This document shows, in pieces, positions 20,041-28,869 of a DNA stretch of 64,000 bases (positions within the stretch are counted from its first letter, which is position 1; the number at the start of each line of letters is the position of its first letter). A program made the translations under genes and the position numbers. Origin of the DNA: an uncultured Chloroflexia bacterium (lineage in GTDB: Bacteria > Chloroflexota > Limnocylindria > Limnocylindrales > CSP1-4); assembly GCA_963833225.1 (NCBI GenBank), contig CAWHXD010000008.1, positions 448,001-512,000 on the forward strand. Reading direction: 5' to 3'. The notes under the pieces are model-generated. The model worked only from the letters and a program-made list of their open reading frames with translations, was not told the origin of the DNA and ran no database searches.

Positions 20041-20973
20041 TCAGGGGGCCGTCAGGCTGCTCTCCGACTTCCCGGCGTCGGAGACGAAGAGGTTCATGCC
20101 GTACTTGTCCTGGCCAAAGCTGCCGATGATCGCCTGCCCCTCGGCTGACAGCACGTAGTCGCTGAACGCCGCCGCCCCGGCCGCGTTGACGTTCGGCCAC
20201 AGGTCGGGGTTCACCCGGATGACGTGGTAGATGTTGAGCAGGGAGGGATCGTTGTCGACCATCGCCTCGAGGTCGAGCTGGGCCCGGGTCGCGGCCCAGG
20301 TGGCGATGTCCACCAGCGTGTAGCCGCGCTTCTCCGACGCGATCTGGAGCGTGGCCGCCATGCCCTGGCCCGACTGGATGTACCAGGCAGGGTCGGGGGT
20401 GATCCCGAGCGCCTTCCAGTAGCCGAGCTCCTTGGCCTCGGTGCCCGACGCGTCCCCTCGGGAGACGAAGGTGGCGCCCGCGTCGGCGATCTTCTGGAAC
20501 GCGTCAGCCGTGGACGTCATGCCCTTGATCCCCGCGGGATCCGCTCCGGGACCCACGACCAGGAAGCTGTTGTGCATCACCAGCAGGCGGTCGACGCCGC
20601 TGCCCGCATCCATGAACGTCTGCTCGGCGGCCGGCGAGTGGACCAGCAGGACATCGGCGTTGCCCTCCGTCCCCAGCTTGAGGGCCGCGCCGCTGCCCAC
20701 CGCGACGGTCTTGACCGTGTACCCCGTGGCGGCCTCGAAGGCCGGGATGAGGACGTCGAGCAGCCCCGAGTCCTGGGTGGACGTGGTGGTGGCGAGGATG
20801 AGATCCTTCGATCCCGCCAAGGTCGGGGCCGTGGTCGCGGCCGTGGTCGGGGCCGCGCTGGAACCGGGCGAGCCCGACGGGAGGGTGGATCCGGAGCACG
20901 CGCCCAGGATGAGCGCGAGCAGCCCGATGACGACAACCGGCGCCAGCGGCCGGCGAGACCCGATCAGCCCCAT
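20041..20973 (-). CDS. tupA: Tungstate-binding lipoprotein
   Basis: Lipobox LGAC; LATTTSTQDSGLL (TupA TTTS motif); FVSRGD.SGT. Confidence 0.93.
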   Translation of the reverse strand: MGLIGSRRPLAPVVVIGLLALILGACSGSTLPSGSPGSSAAPTTAATTAPTLAGSKDLILATTTSTQDSGLLDVLIPAFEAATGYTVKTVAVGSGAALKLGTEGNADVLLVHSPAAEQTFMDAGSGVDRLLVMHNSFLVVGPGADPAGIKGMTSTADAFQKIADAGATFVSRGDASGTEAKELGYWKALGITPDPAWYIQSGQGMAATLQIASEKRGYTLVDIATWAATRAQLDLEAMVDNDPSLLNIYHVIRVNPDLWPNVNAAGAAAFSDYVLSAEGQAIIGSFGQDKYGMNLFVSDAGKSESSLTAP

Positions 20974-21031
20974 GTGTGCAGAACCCCTCTTGCTGCGGAC
21001 GCGTCGATGACGGCCGATCCGGCCGTTTGGG

Positions 21032-22927
21032 CTACTGGACCCAGTCGAGCCCCAGGCGGGCGAGGGTGTCCGGGGTCGGGTTGCCCGACCGGCCATCCCA
21101 GCCCGCGAGCCGGAAGTACTCGTCGAGGGCCCCGTCGATCACCGCCTGGTCGAGCGCGACGCCCCTCGTCGGACCCGTCCCGGTCAGCGGCTTGAAGAAC
21201 TTGGCGGGGAGCTTGTCGTGCGTGCGGTCGATACCCTCGCGGGCGTTGAACAGGCGAAGCATGTTGAGTCGCCGTTCGCCGATCTGGACGAGTTCGTCGA
21301 TGTCAAAGTCCACCCAGCCGGTCACGGCCCGCACGGCATCGACCGCCTCCTGCGGCCCGAACAGGGACCAGGCCGGCCCCCACACGAACTGGCACAGGTC
21401 GGCGGTGTCCAGGAACGAGTAGAACTGCTGCGTCTTGAGCGCGTAGCGAACCTTCTCCGGCCCGAGCGAGTCGTACGGGAGCTTCTCGGTGAAGCCCAGC
21501 AGCGCCTGTCGCGCCATCACCGAGTCGCCGGCGCCCTCCTCGATGCTCCCGTCGTGCTCGGACGACTGGTGGTCGGCGCCGAACGGGTTGACGGCGTAGA
21601 TCACGCCCAGCGACCGCTTTGCCTGCGGCATGTGGGCCGGCGCCTCCGCCCCCTTGACCGCGATCAGCAGCTCCTGGCCCTTGCCCAGCAGCTCGGCCGC
21701 GCGCCGGGAGCCATTGGCGAGGACGTCGCCGATCCCTTCGCGAGCAACGACCATCTCGAGCAGCCGGATCATCGCCTTCGCGTCCCCGAACGGAGCGGGG
21801 AAGCCGATCTCCGCCTCGGACAGCACGCCGTTGGTGAAGCAGTCCATGACCCAGGCGATGGTGGCCCCGGTCCCGATCGTGTCGAGGCCGTTCTCGTTGC
21901 AGATCTTGTTGGCCAGGGCGATGGCGTGGAGATCGTCCACGCCGCAGTAGGAGCCGAACGTGGCCGCCGTCTCGTACTCTGGACCGCCGTGGCGCTCCTC
22001 GATCGGGCGTCCCTCCCACTCCGTCTCGACCGCCCGCTTGCAGCGCACGGCGCACGAGTAGCAGGTCTCCCGGTTCGTGAGGATCGTCGCCGTCATCGTG
22101 GTGCCGCCGATCGCCTCGTAGGCGTCGAACTGGCCCGCGTTGTAGTTGAACGTCGGCAGACCGCCCGCCGCGTTCTGGCCTTCGAGCACGCCCTCGGTCC
22201 CGTTGATCCGGAGGTCGAGGACGTCGCCGTTGTTGGGGATCTCCGCCGCACCCCACTTGGCGAGCTGGCCGAGGGCCTTGGGATCGGCCATCGGGATCTT
22301 CCGGTTGTGGCCGCGCACGGCGACCGCCTTGAGGTTCTTGGACCCCATCACGGCACCCATCCCGGTCCGACCGTTGGCCCGGTTGGCCATGTTCATGATC
22401 GCGGCCAGGAGCGCGCCCCGCTCGCCGGCCGGTCCGATCGCGGCGACCTCGACCTTGGCGTCCTCGAGCTCCTCCTTGAGCTGGTCCGTGGTCTGCGACG
22501 TCGTCTTGCCCCACAGGTGGCCCGCCGGCCGGAGCTCGGCCTCGCCGTCGTGGATCCAGAGATAGACAGGCTCCGGCGACCGGCCCTTGATGACGACCCC
22601 GGTGAAGCCGGCGAACCGCAGCTCGGCCGGGAAGAAGCCGCCACCCTGGCTGTCGCCGATCCCGTCCGTCAGCGGCGAACGGGCGCTGATCGTCATCCGG
22701 CTCTGGCCCGCGATCGGCGCCCCGGTCAGCAGGCTGTCCATCATCGTCAGCACGTTGGCCGGGTCCAGGCCGCCCGTCCCGACCGGCACGTCGCGCAGGA
22801 TGTAGTAGAGGCCCATCGCGGAGCCGCCGAGATACGTCCGATAGAACGACTCGGGCGGGCGCTCGATCTCGATCGAACCGCTCGTGAGGTCGACGTGGAG
22901 GATCTGTCCGGTGAAGTCGCTCGACAT
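21032..22927 (-). CDS. aor: Tungsten aldehyde:ferredoxin oxidoreductase family protein (second paralog)
   Basis: SPLT, GRTGMGAVMGSKN, CYSCAVRC, GPEYET, GLDTI, GADH, LCQF. Confidence 0.93.
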   Translation of the reverse strand: MSSDFTGQILHVDLTSGSIEIERPPESFYRTYLGGSAMGLYYILRDVPVGTGGLDPANVLTMMDSLLTGAPIAGQSRMTISARSPLTDGIGDSQGGGFFPAELRFAGFTGVVIKGRSPEPVYLWIHDGEAELRPAGHLWGKTTSQTTDQLKEELEDAKVEVAAIGPAGERGALLAAIMNMANRANGRTGMGAVMGSKNLKAVAVRGHNRKIPMADPKALGQLAKWGAAEIPNNGDVLDLRINGTEGVLEGQNAAGGLPTFNYNAGQFDAYEAIGGTTMTATILTNRETCYSCAVRCKRAVETEWEGRPIEERHGGPEYETAATFGSYCGVDDLHAIALANKICNENGLDTIGTGATIAWVMDCFTNGVLSEAEIGFPAPFGDAKAMIRLLEMVVAREGIGDVLANGSRRAAELLGKGQELLIAVKGAEAPAHMPQAKRSLGVIYAVNPFGADHQSSEHDGSIEEGAGDSVMARQALLGFTEKLPYDSLGPEKVRYALKTQQFYSFLDTADLCQFVWGPAWSLFGPQEAVDAVRAVTGWVDFDIDELVQIGERRLNMLRLFNAREGIDRTHDKLPAKFFKPLTGTGPTRGVALDQAVIDGALDEYFRLAGWDGRSGNPTPDTLARLGLDWVQ

Positions 22928-23091
22928 GTCCTGCCTCTGGTCGGGTCTCGTCCGAGGCGACCGCCTCATGTTGCCCTCAGGATACCCATTCGGGGCGCGA
23001 GGCCCTCGTGCGTCTCGGCTGCTGGATGCGCGTTCGCGGGTTGTAGGCTCCGCATGTCTCCCGAGAGACTGGTGCGAGAGGAGTCCGATCC

Positions 23092-23931
23092 ATGGTGTCG
23101 CCGTCCCCGATGCCGGTCAACGATGATCGCGTGCTGCCGGTCGCGCGGGTTCTTGCCCTCGTGATCGTGCCGATCCTGACCGTCGCGTTCGTGATGCTCT
23201 GGGTCTTCCCGGTCAACTCGGGCCAGCTGTTCTCGTGGCCGATCAAGCCCGAGATGACCGCGATGATGCTCGGCGCGACCTACCTCGGCGGGGCCTGGTT
23301 CTTCGGACGCGTGATCGTGGCCCGTGCCTGGCACTCGGTGAGCCTGGGGTTCCTGCCGGTCGCGACGTTCGCCGGGATCCTCGGCATCGCGACGCTGCTC
23401 CACTGGACGGCGTTCACACCGGGCCATCCCTCGTTCACGCTGTGGGCGATCCTGTACCTCACCTTGCCGCTGGTCATCCCGGTGGTCTGGTGGCGCAACC
23501 GGCAGTACGACCCGGGTTGGACCGTGGAGGCCGGGGCGCCGCTCGCCGGGCCGGTGCGCTACCTCGCGGGCGGGCTCGGCGTGCTGCTCGCCGCCGTCAG
23601 CGTCGTGCTGGTGGTCGCGCCGGACGCGCTCATCGGCAGCTGGCCGTGGGCGCTGACCCCGCTGACGGGACGCGTGCTGGGGGCGATGTTCGCGCTGTCT
23701 GGGTTCGTGGGCGTGGAGATCGCCATCGACCGTCGACCCGGGGCCGCCCGGGCGATCGTGCAGGCCCAGGCGATCGCGATTGCCGGGATCCTGCTGGGCC
23801 TCCTGCGAGCCGCGGGCGACGTGTCATGGACCACCCCGACCACCTGGCTGTTCGCGGGCGGGATGGTGGTCGTGCTGGCTGTCAATGCCCTCGCGGCGTA
23901 TGGAGGTCGACGCGGGGCTCCGGGCTCCTGA
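23092..23931 (+). CDS. Hypothetical 8-TM membrane protein with an internal two-fold repeat
   Basis: The halves contain WPIKPEMTAMMLGA and WALTPLTGRVLGA. Confidence 0.75.
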   Translation: MVSPSPMPVNDDRVLPVARVLALVIVPILTVAFVMLWVFPVNSGQLFSWPIKPEMTAMMLGATYLGGAWFFGRVIVARAWHSVSLGFLPVATFAGILGIATLLHWTAFTPGHPSFTLWAILYLTLPLVIPVVWWRNRQYDPGWTVEAGAPLAGPVRYLAGGLGVLLAAVSVVLVVAPDALIGSWPWALTPLTGRVLGAMFALSGFVGVEIAIDRRPGAARAIVQAQAIAIAGILLGLLRAAGDVSWTTPTTWLFAGGMVVVLAVNALAAYGGRRGAPGS

Positions 23932-25267
23932 CCGACGGTGCCGGGATGCCCGCCACGGGCGCCATCGCGGCATCCCGGTCGACAACGAACCAGGTCGGGA
24001 TCGGCCCCTTGCCCTTGACGTCGACGAGGCCCCGGGATTCGAACCGGAAGGCGTCGCCAAGTCGCTCCCGGACCGCGTGGGTGACCTGGACCTTCCCCGG
24101 CACCCCGAGCGATTCCATCCGGCTGGCGAGGTTCACCGTGTCGCCCCAGATGTCGTAGATGAACTTCTTGGTGCCGATCACGCCGGCAACCACCGGCCCG
24201 CAGTGAACGCCCACCCGGAAGGCGATGCCGAGCCGGCGCGCGGCCTCGATGTCGCCGATGCAGCGCGCCAGGTCCAGCGCCATCGCCACCACCCGTGACG
24301 TGTGGTCGGCCGATCGCTCGGTGAGGCCGCCGACCACCATGTAGGCGTCGCCGATCGTCTTCACCTTCTCGAGCCGGTACTGCTCCACGAGGTCGTCGAA
24401 GACCGAGAACACGTCGTTGAGGGCGGCGACCAGCTCCGATGGCGTCAGCCTGGACGAGAGCCGGGTGAAGTCCACGATGTCGGCGAACAGGAGCGTGACG
24501 TCGTCGAAGCGATCGGCGATCAGCGGCTCGCCGTCGCGCAGGCGTTGGGCGATCGGGCCCGGCAGGATGTTGAGCAGCAGGCGCTCGTTCTCGCGGGCCA
24601 GCCGCTCCCGCTCCTTGACGGCCGTGATGTCCGTCCCGTACACGTTGACGAAGCCGAACCCCGGGACGTCCACCGGCAGCAGGGCGTAGGTCCGGCCCCC
24701 CGCGTCCACCTCGACCGAGGCCGCCGCGCTCTCCTCGACGCGAGCCATGAGCGTTCCGCGGACCGCGTCCGGCAGGCGGTCGCCGGGCGCGATCCCCAGC
24801 CCTTCGATGAGCCCGGCGCTGGCCGGGTTCGCGTACAGGAGCCGCCCGTCCGCCGCGATCCGCATGACCGGGTTCGGGTTCTCGTCGGGGAACTTGACGA
24901 TCGCCCGCTCCGCCGAGACATCCCGTCCATACAGGTTCGTGAACGACAGGTCGGGGATCGCCACGGGCCACACGGCCCAGGTCCGGCCGTCGCTGACCAG
25001 CTCGACGAACCCGCGCGACAGCTCGGCCGCACGAATGCGCTCCAGGGCCTCACCGGGGAGCCGCTCCCCGACCGCGATTCCGAGCGCCTGCAGCACCCCT
25101 GCACTCGCCGGATTGGCATAGATCAAGTGACCGTCCGCGTCGATGCGCAGCACGGGATTGGGGTTGTCGTCTGGAAAGCGGTTGATCGCGCTGATCTGCG
25201 CGCCGGTCAGGCGGGCTTCGCCCTCGTGGTGCGCATGATCGGCAGCGGCCGGGACGCGGTCTGCCAT
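23882..25267 (-). CDS. Class III adenylate cyclase with two PAS-like repeats
   Basis: FPDxNPNPV twice; LFADIVDFT; KTIGDAYM; YDIWGDTVNLASRMES. Confidence 0.92.
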   Translation of the reverse strand: MADRVPAAADHAHHEGEARLTGAQISAINRFPDDNPNPVLRIDADGHLIYANPASAGVLQALGIAVGERLPGEALERIRAAELSRGFVELVSDGRTWAVWPVAIPDLSFTNLYGRDVSAERAIVKFPDENPNPVMRIAADGRLLYANPASAGLIEGLGIAPGDRLPDAVRGTLMARVEESAAASVEVDAGGRTYALLPVDVPGFGFVNVYGTDITAVKERERLARENERLLLNILPGPIAQRLRDGEPLIADRFDDVTLLFADIVDFTRLSSRLTPSELVAALNDVFSVFDDLVEQYRLEKVKTIGDAYMVVGGLTERSADHTSRVVAMALDLARCIGDIEAARRLGIAFRVGVHCGPVVAGVIGTKKFIYDIWGDTVNLASRMESLGVPGKVQVTHAVRERLGDAFRFESRGLVDVKGKGPIPTWFVVDRDAAMAPVAGIPAPSVRSPEPRVDLHTPRGH

Positions 25268-25288
25268 TGGGAAATGGTAGGCGGGGCG

Positions 25289-25609
25289 TCAATCAGGGCG
25301 TGATGCGCCACCCACCACGATGTCCAGGTACCCGGGGTGGCGCTCGAGCCAGGAACGCACGAACGGACAGATCGCGATCACCCGCAGGCCGCGGGCGCGG
25401 GCGTCCTCGAGCGCAAACCGCGTGAGGGTGCCGGCCACCCCGGTCCCCGCGTGGCCCGCCAGGGTCTCGGTGTGGACCAGGGCAAGCCGGCCGCGCTTGA
25501 CCACGTACTCGAGGAAGCCGGCGAGCTCCCCGTCCCGGAACACCTCGTAGCGCCCAGCGGCCGGAGCATCCGTGACCGAGAGCGGCACGACGGCCCGAGG
25601 GTCGCCCAC
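25289..25609 (-). CDS. Small GNAT acetyltransferase (YjdJ-like)
   Basis: LVHTE...GTGVAG...VIAICPFV. Confidence 0.88.
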   Translation of the reverse strand: MGDPRAVVPLSVTDAPAAGRYEVFRDGELAGFLEYVVKRGRLALVHTETLAGHAGTGVAGTLTRFALEDARARGLRVIAICPFVRSWLERHPGYLDIVVGGASRPD

Positions 25610-25792
25610 CTAGACCTCGACCTCGGCGCGGAGCTCGCTCGAGCAGTCGCAGGCAAGCATCAGCCCCAGCGCGCGGAGACCGTCCTCGCCCGTGATGGGT
25701 GGCGCCTCATCGCGCAGCACGGAGCCGATGAACGCGTCCAGGTTCCACACGGCGTCCAGCCGCGAGGCCGCGATCCCCACCCTGAGCGTCAT
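25610..25792 (-). pseudogene. Internally deleted Gfo/Idh/MocA oxidoreductase remnant
   Basis: Typical N-terminus (MTLRVGI) joined directly to a typical C-terminus (DAFIGSV...PPITGEDGLRAL), 60 aa in total. Confidence 0.65.
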
Positions 25793-25977
25793 CCTGCGGC
25801 CTCGTCGATCACGTTCGCCATGCCTTCGATACTAGGCTACCCGCCGGCGCTCATGCGGGCCGATGGCACTATGGGCTCGACGTCGGTCATGTGATCATGA
25901 ACGGCGCAGCCAGCGAGGTGCTCGCAGACCCGAAGATCAGGGAAGCCAACCTCGGCACCCAGGCACGGGAGGACCTC

Positions 25978-26622
25978 ATGCTCGTCAAGGAGCGCATGTC
26001 GACGCGGACCATCGTGGCCGCGCCCGATCTGCCGGTACCCGAGGCGCTCAACGTGATGCGCAAGGAGCACATCCGGCGCCTGCCTGTCGTCGACAAGCGC
26101 GGGAAGGTCGTCGGCATCGTCTCCGACAAGGACCTCCTGCATGCGTCGCCATCGCCCGCGACCAGTCTCAGCGTGTGGGAGGTCACCTACCTGCTGGGCA
26201 GGATCAGGGTCAGGGACGTGATGACGAGCAAGGTCATCACGGTGACCGAGGACACCCCGGTCGAAGATGCGGCCCGGATCATGGCCGACAACAAGATCGG
26301 CGGCCTGCCGGTGGTGCGCGACGGCTCGCTCGTCGGGATCATCACCGAGACGGACCTGTTCAAGCTGTTCGTGGAGCTCCTCGGCGCCAGGGAGCCAGGC
26401 ATTCGCGTGACGATGCTCGTTCCGGAGACGCCGGGCTCGCTGGCGAAGGTGACCCGCGCCGTCACCGACTGCGGCGGCAACATCGTGGCGGTCGCGGAGC
26501 TCTCCGGCACCAGCGCCTCCAACCGCCAGGTGATGGTCAAGGCGACCGGCGTCTCGCGCGAGACGCTCCTCGCGGCGCTCCAGCCGACCGTGATCGAGAT
26601 CGGCGACGTGCGCGAGGTCTAG
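25978..26622 (+). CDS. acuB: CBS-CBS-ACT protein (AcuB-like)
   Basis: MLVKERMS, IRRLPVVD, ASPSPATSLS, IGGLPVV, ITETD, C-terminal PGSLA ACT domain. Confidence 0.88.
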   Translation: MLVKERMSTRTIVAAPDLPVPEALNVMRKEHIRRLPVVDKRGKVVGIVSDKDLLHASPSPATSLSVWEVTYLLGRIRVRDVMTSKVITVTEDTPVEDAARIMADNKIGGLPVVRDGSLVGIITETDLFKLFVELLGAREPGIRVTMLVPETPGSLAKVTRAVTDCGGNIVAVAELSGTSASNRQVMVKATGVSRETLLAALQPTVIEIGDVREV

Positions 26623-26628
26623 CCGGAG

Positions 26629-27354
26629 CTACGCGTCCTCGCCCTCCGCGACCTCTGCCAGGCGCTCCGCGTCGCGGATCAGGACCTGGTGGTGGCCGGT
26701 GTCGAGCAGGCCCCGCCGGCGGAAGTCGCCCAGGGTGTGGGCAAGCGTCTCGCGAGTCGTGCCCACCATCTCGGCCAACTCCTGCTGGGTGAGGTTGGCC
26801 CTGATCAGTGTGCCTCGCTCGGTCTGCGCGCCGAACCGGCTCGCGAGGTCGATCAGCCGCCGCGCCAGCCGCTGGTCCACGCGCTGGTAGGCCATCGCCT
26901 CGAGCTCCCGCTCCGCGCTCTGGAGACGGCGCGACAGGTGGCGGATGATGTTCACGCCGATGACCGGGAACCGCTCGATCAGGCGGCGCAGCTCGTCGGG
27001 GGTGATCGTGCAGATCACGCCATCGTCGATGGCTTCCGCGTAGGCCTCGGGCAACGGGTCCTGCCCCAGCAGGCTCATGTCGCCGAGGATGGTGCCCTTC
27101 TCGTGGATGTCGAGCGTGAGCTGCTTGCCGTCGGGGCTGATCCGGTAGACCCGCACGCGGCCCTGCTTGACGATGTGGATCCGGTCCGGCGGGTCGTCGG
27201 GAGACAGGATCCGCTGACCCCGGACGCAGTGCGTCATCGTGGTCGCGTGACCGATCGCCTCGATATCGGCATCGGACAGCCCGGCGAACAGGGCAACCTC
27301 GGACAGGAGACCCAGCTTCTCGGCCAGGGAGCGGGCGGCGGGCGAAGAGCTCAT
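26629..27354 (-). CDS. Crp/Fnr family transcriptional regulator
   Basis: cNMP-like beta-barrel and HTH LTQQELAEMVGTTRETL. Confidence 0.93.
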   Translation of the reverse strand: MSSSPAARSLAEKLGLLSEVALFAGLSDADIEAIGHATTMTHCVRGQRILSPDDPPDRIHIVKQGRVRVYRISPDGKQLTLDIHEKGTILGDMSLLGQDPLPEAYAEAIDDGVICTITPDELRRLIERFPVIGVNIIRHLSRRLQSAERELEAMAYQRVDQRLARRLIDLASRFGAQTERGTLIRANLTQQELAEMVGTTRETLAHTLGDFRRRGLLDTGHHQVLIRDAERLAEVAEGEDA

Positions 27355-28130
27355 CGGGCGCGGTCCAGTTGAATGACCCGGGCGGTGGCGAACACGGGGC
27401 CAACGTCGAGCCCGAGCCGAGCATAGAGCGCCGCCGGCAACCCGATGTCGCCGAGGTAGAGCCTGCCGGCGCGGATGGCACTCTCCCCCGTCATCAGCCC
27501 GGGCTTGGGCAGTGCCAGCGTCAGGGTCGCGGCGGCAGTGACCGCGGTCGCGGCGGCGTCGCCCGTGTCCGGATCGACGCCGGTCGGGACGTCCAGGCTG
27601 ACCACCGGTCGCCCGGATCGCACGATGAGCTCGACGAGCCGCCCGACCGCGCCTCGCGGGGCCCCGCGGCCGGCGTAGCCGAGGATGGCGTCCACGATGG
27701 CATCCGCCTCGGCGAGCGCGGTTTCCAGCTCCTCGTCAGACAGGTCGTACGTCGCCACGCAACAGGTGGCTCCCATCGCGATCAGCGTGGCGAGCTGGTG
27801 ACGCCCGGCGCCGGTCAGCCGGAGCACCGGACGGGCCAGCACCACGCGGACTCTCGCCCCGCGGTTGACGAGGTGGCGTGCGGCCACGAGGCCGCCACCG
27901 CCGTTGTTCCCGGGACCGACCGCGACCACGATCGAGCGGTCTCGAAGGTCACCGCCAGTCTCCAGTCTCACGACCTCGGCCAGGTGCGAGCCGGCCTGCT
28001 CCATCATCTGGAGCAGCGTGATCCCGAACTCCTCGATGGCGAGCCGATCCACCTCGGTCATGGTGGCCACGTCCACGACGGGCACGGCGGACGCCGCGAT
28101 CGTGGCGCTCGTGTCGATCATCGCGTCCAT
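27351..28130 (-). CDS. nnrE: NAD(P)H-hydrate epimerase (stand-alone YjeF_N domain)
   Basis: LMME.AG, GPGNNGGGG, DAILG, SLDVPTG, TLTLALPK. Confidence 0.88.
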   Translation of the reverse strand: MDAMIDTSATIAASAVPVVDVATMTEVDRLAIEEFGITLLQMMEQAGSHLAEVVRLETGGDLRDRSIVVAVGPGNNGGGGLVAARHLVNRGARVRVVLARPVLRLTGAGRHQLATLIAMGATCCVATYDLSDEELETALAEADAIVDAILGYAGRGAPRGAVGRLVELIVRSGRPVVSLDVPTGVDPDTGDAAATAVTAAATLTLALPKPGLMTGESAIRAGRLYLGDIGLPAALYARLGLDVGPVFATARVIQLDRAR

Positions 28131-28173
28131 CCCACTCCCGCTGTCCGGCTCGACGCCGGGGTCGCCGCGCTTG

Positions 28174-28701
28174 TCAGCGGTTGGCGCGGAAGGCAAACCG
28201 GTCGAGGACGATCCCGAGGACCGTGCCGAACATGAACGTGTGGGCCACGAGCTGCACCGCGACGTTCTGCGAATCCGGGAACCAGGTCCAGCCGAAGATC
28301 CCTGCCAGCACGAAGAAGTTGAGGATCCATAGCGCGAAGCCCGCGAGGCTCGCCACGACCAGGACCGAGACCGTCGAGCGCGCGAGCGAGCCGACAAAGG
28401 CCAGCAGGCCCGCGACCGCGAGGCCGTACATCATGGACAGGACCATGTGGATGACGAGGCCGGCCGCCCCCGCCGTCAGCAGCGAGGTCGCGGGGTCCAT
28501 CGCGGACGGCCCGAGCGCGATCCCGCCGATCATCCGGAGCGGCATGAAGAACGCCTCGGTGCCGTTGAGGATCGCGGCCATGATCATCTCGAACATCGCG
28601 AACACGATGCCGGCGACGACACCGCCGATGACCCCGATACCGACCCAGGTCCGGGTCTGCGTGTCTTGCGCGCCGAGCGCTGCTGTTGCCATCTGGTTCA
28701 C
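28174..28701 (-). CDS. Hypothetical multi-pass membrane protein with two TM histidines
   Basis: Hydrophobic helices containing VIHMVLS and VAHTFMFG. GAGG RBS. Confidence 0.75.
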   Translation of the reverse strand: MNQMATAALGAQDTQTRTWVGIGVIGGVVAGIVFAMFEMIMAAILNGTEAFFMPLRMIGGIALGPSAMDPATSLLTAGAAGLVIHMVLSMMYGLAVAGLLAFVGSLARSTVSVLVVASLAGFALWILNFFVLAGIFGWTWFPDSQNVAVQLVAHTFMFGTVLGIVLDRFAFRANR

Positions 28702-28731
28702 ACCTCACTGCCTGGTTGATTTGACAGTGCG

Positions 28732-28774
28732 AACGTATGTGAATGCCCGAAGCGGTTCTGTGACGCGCATCACA
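28732..28774 (-). promoter_or_regulatory. CRP-type box with a class II promoter
   Basis: Perfect TGTGA-N6-TCACA at 28759-28774. On the minus strand a -10 TACGTT (28737-28732) lies exactly 21 nt downstream, placing the site at -41.5. Confidence 0.8.
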
Positions 28775-28869
28775 GCCGGGTGGGTGGCGAGAGTCACCCG
28801 GGCATCGGGCAGGCTGGCGCTCGCGTTCAGGGGCCCGGGGCTGCGGGGGTCAACCTGGCAGCGCGCCGA

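Noticed and set aside
22928-23091. Moco/Wco riboswitch or ModE/TunR box upstream of the AOR operon
   Set aside because: No convincing consensus or palindrome is visible.
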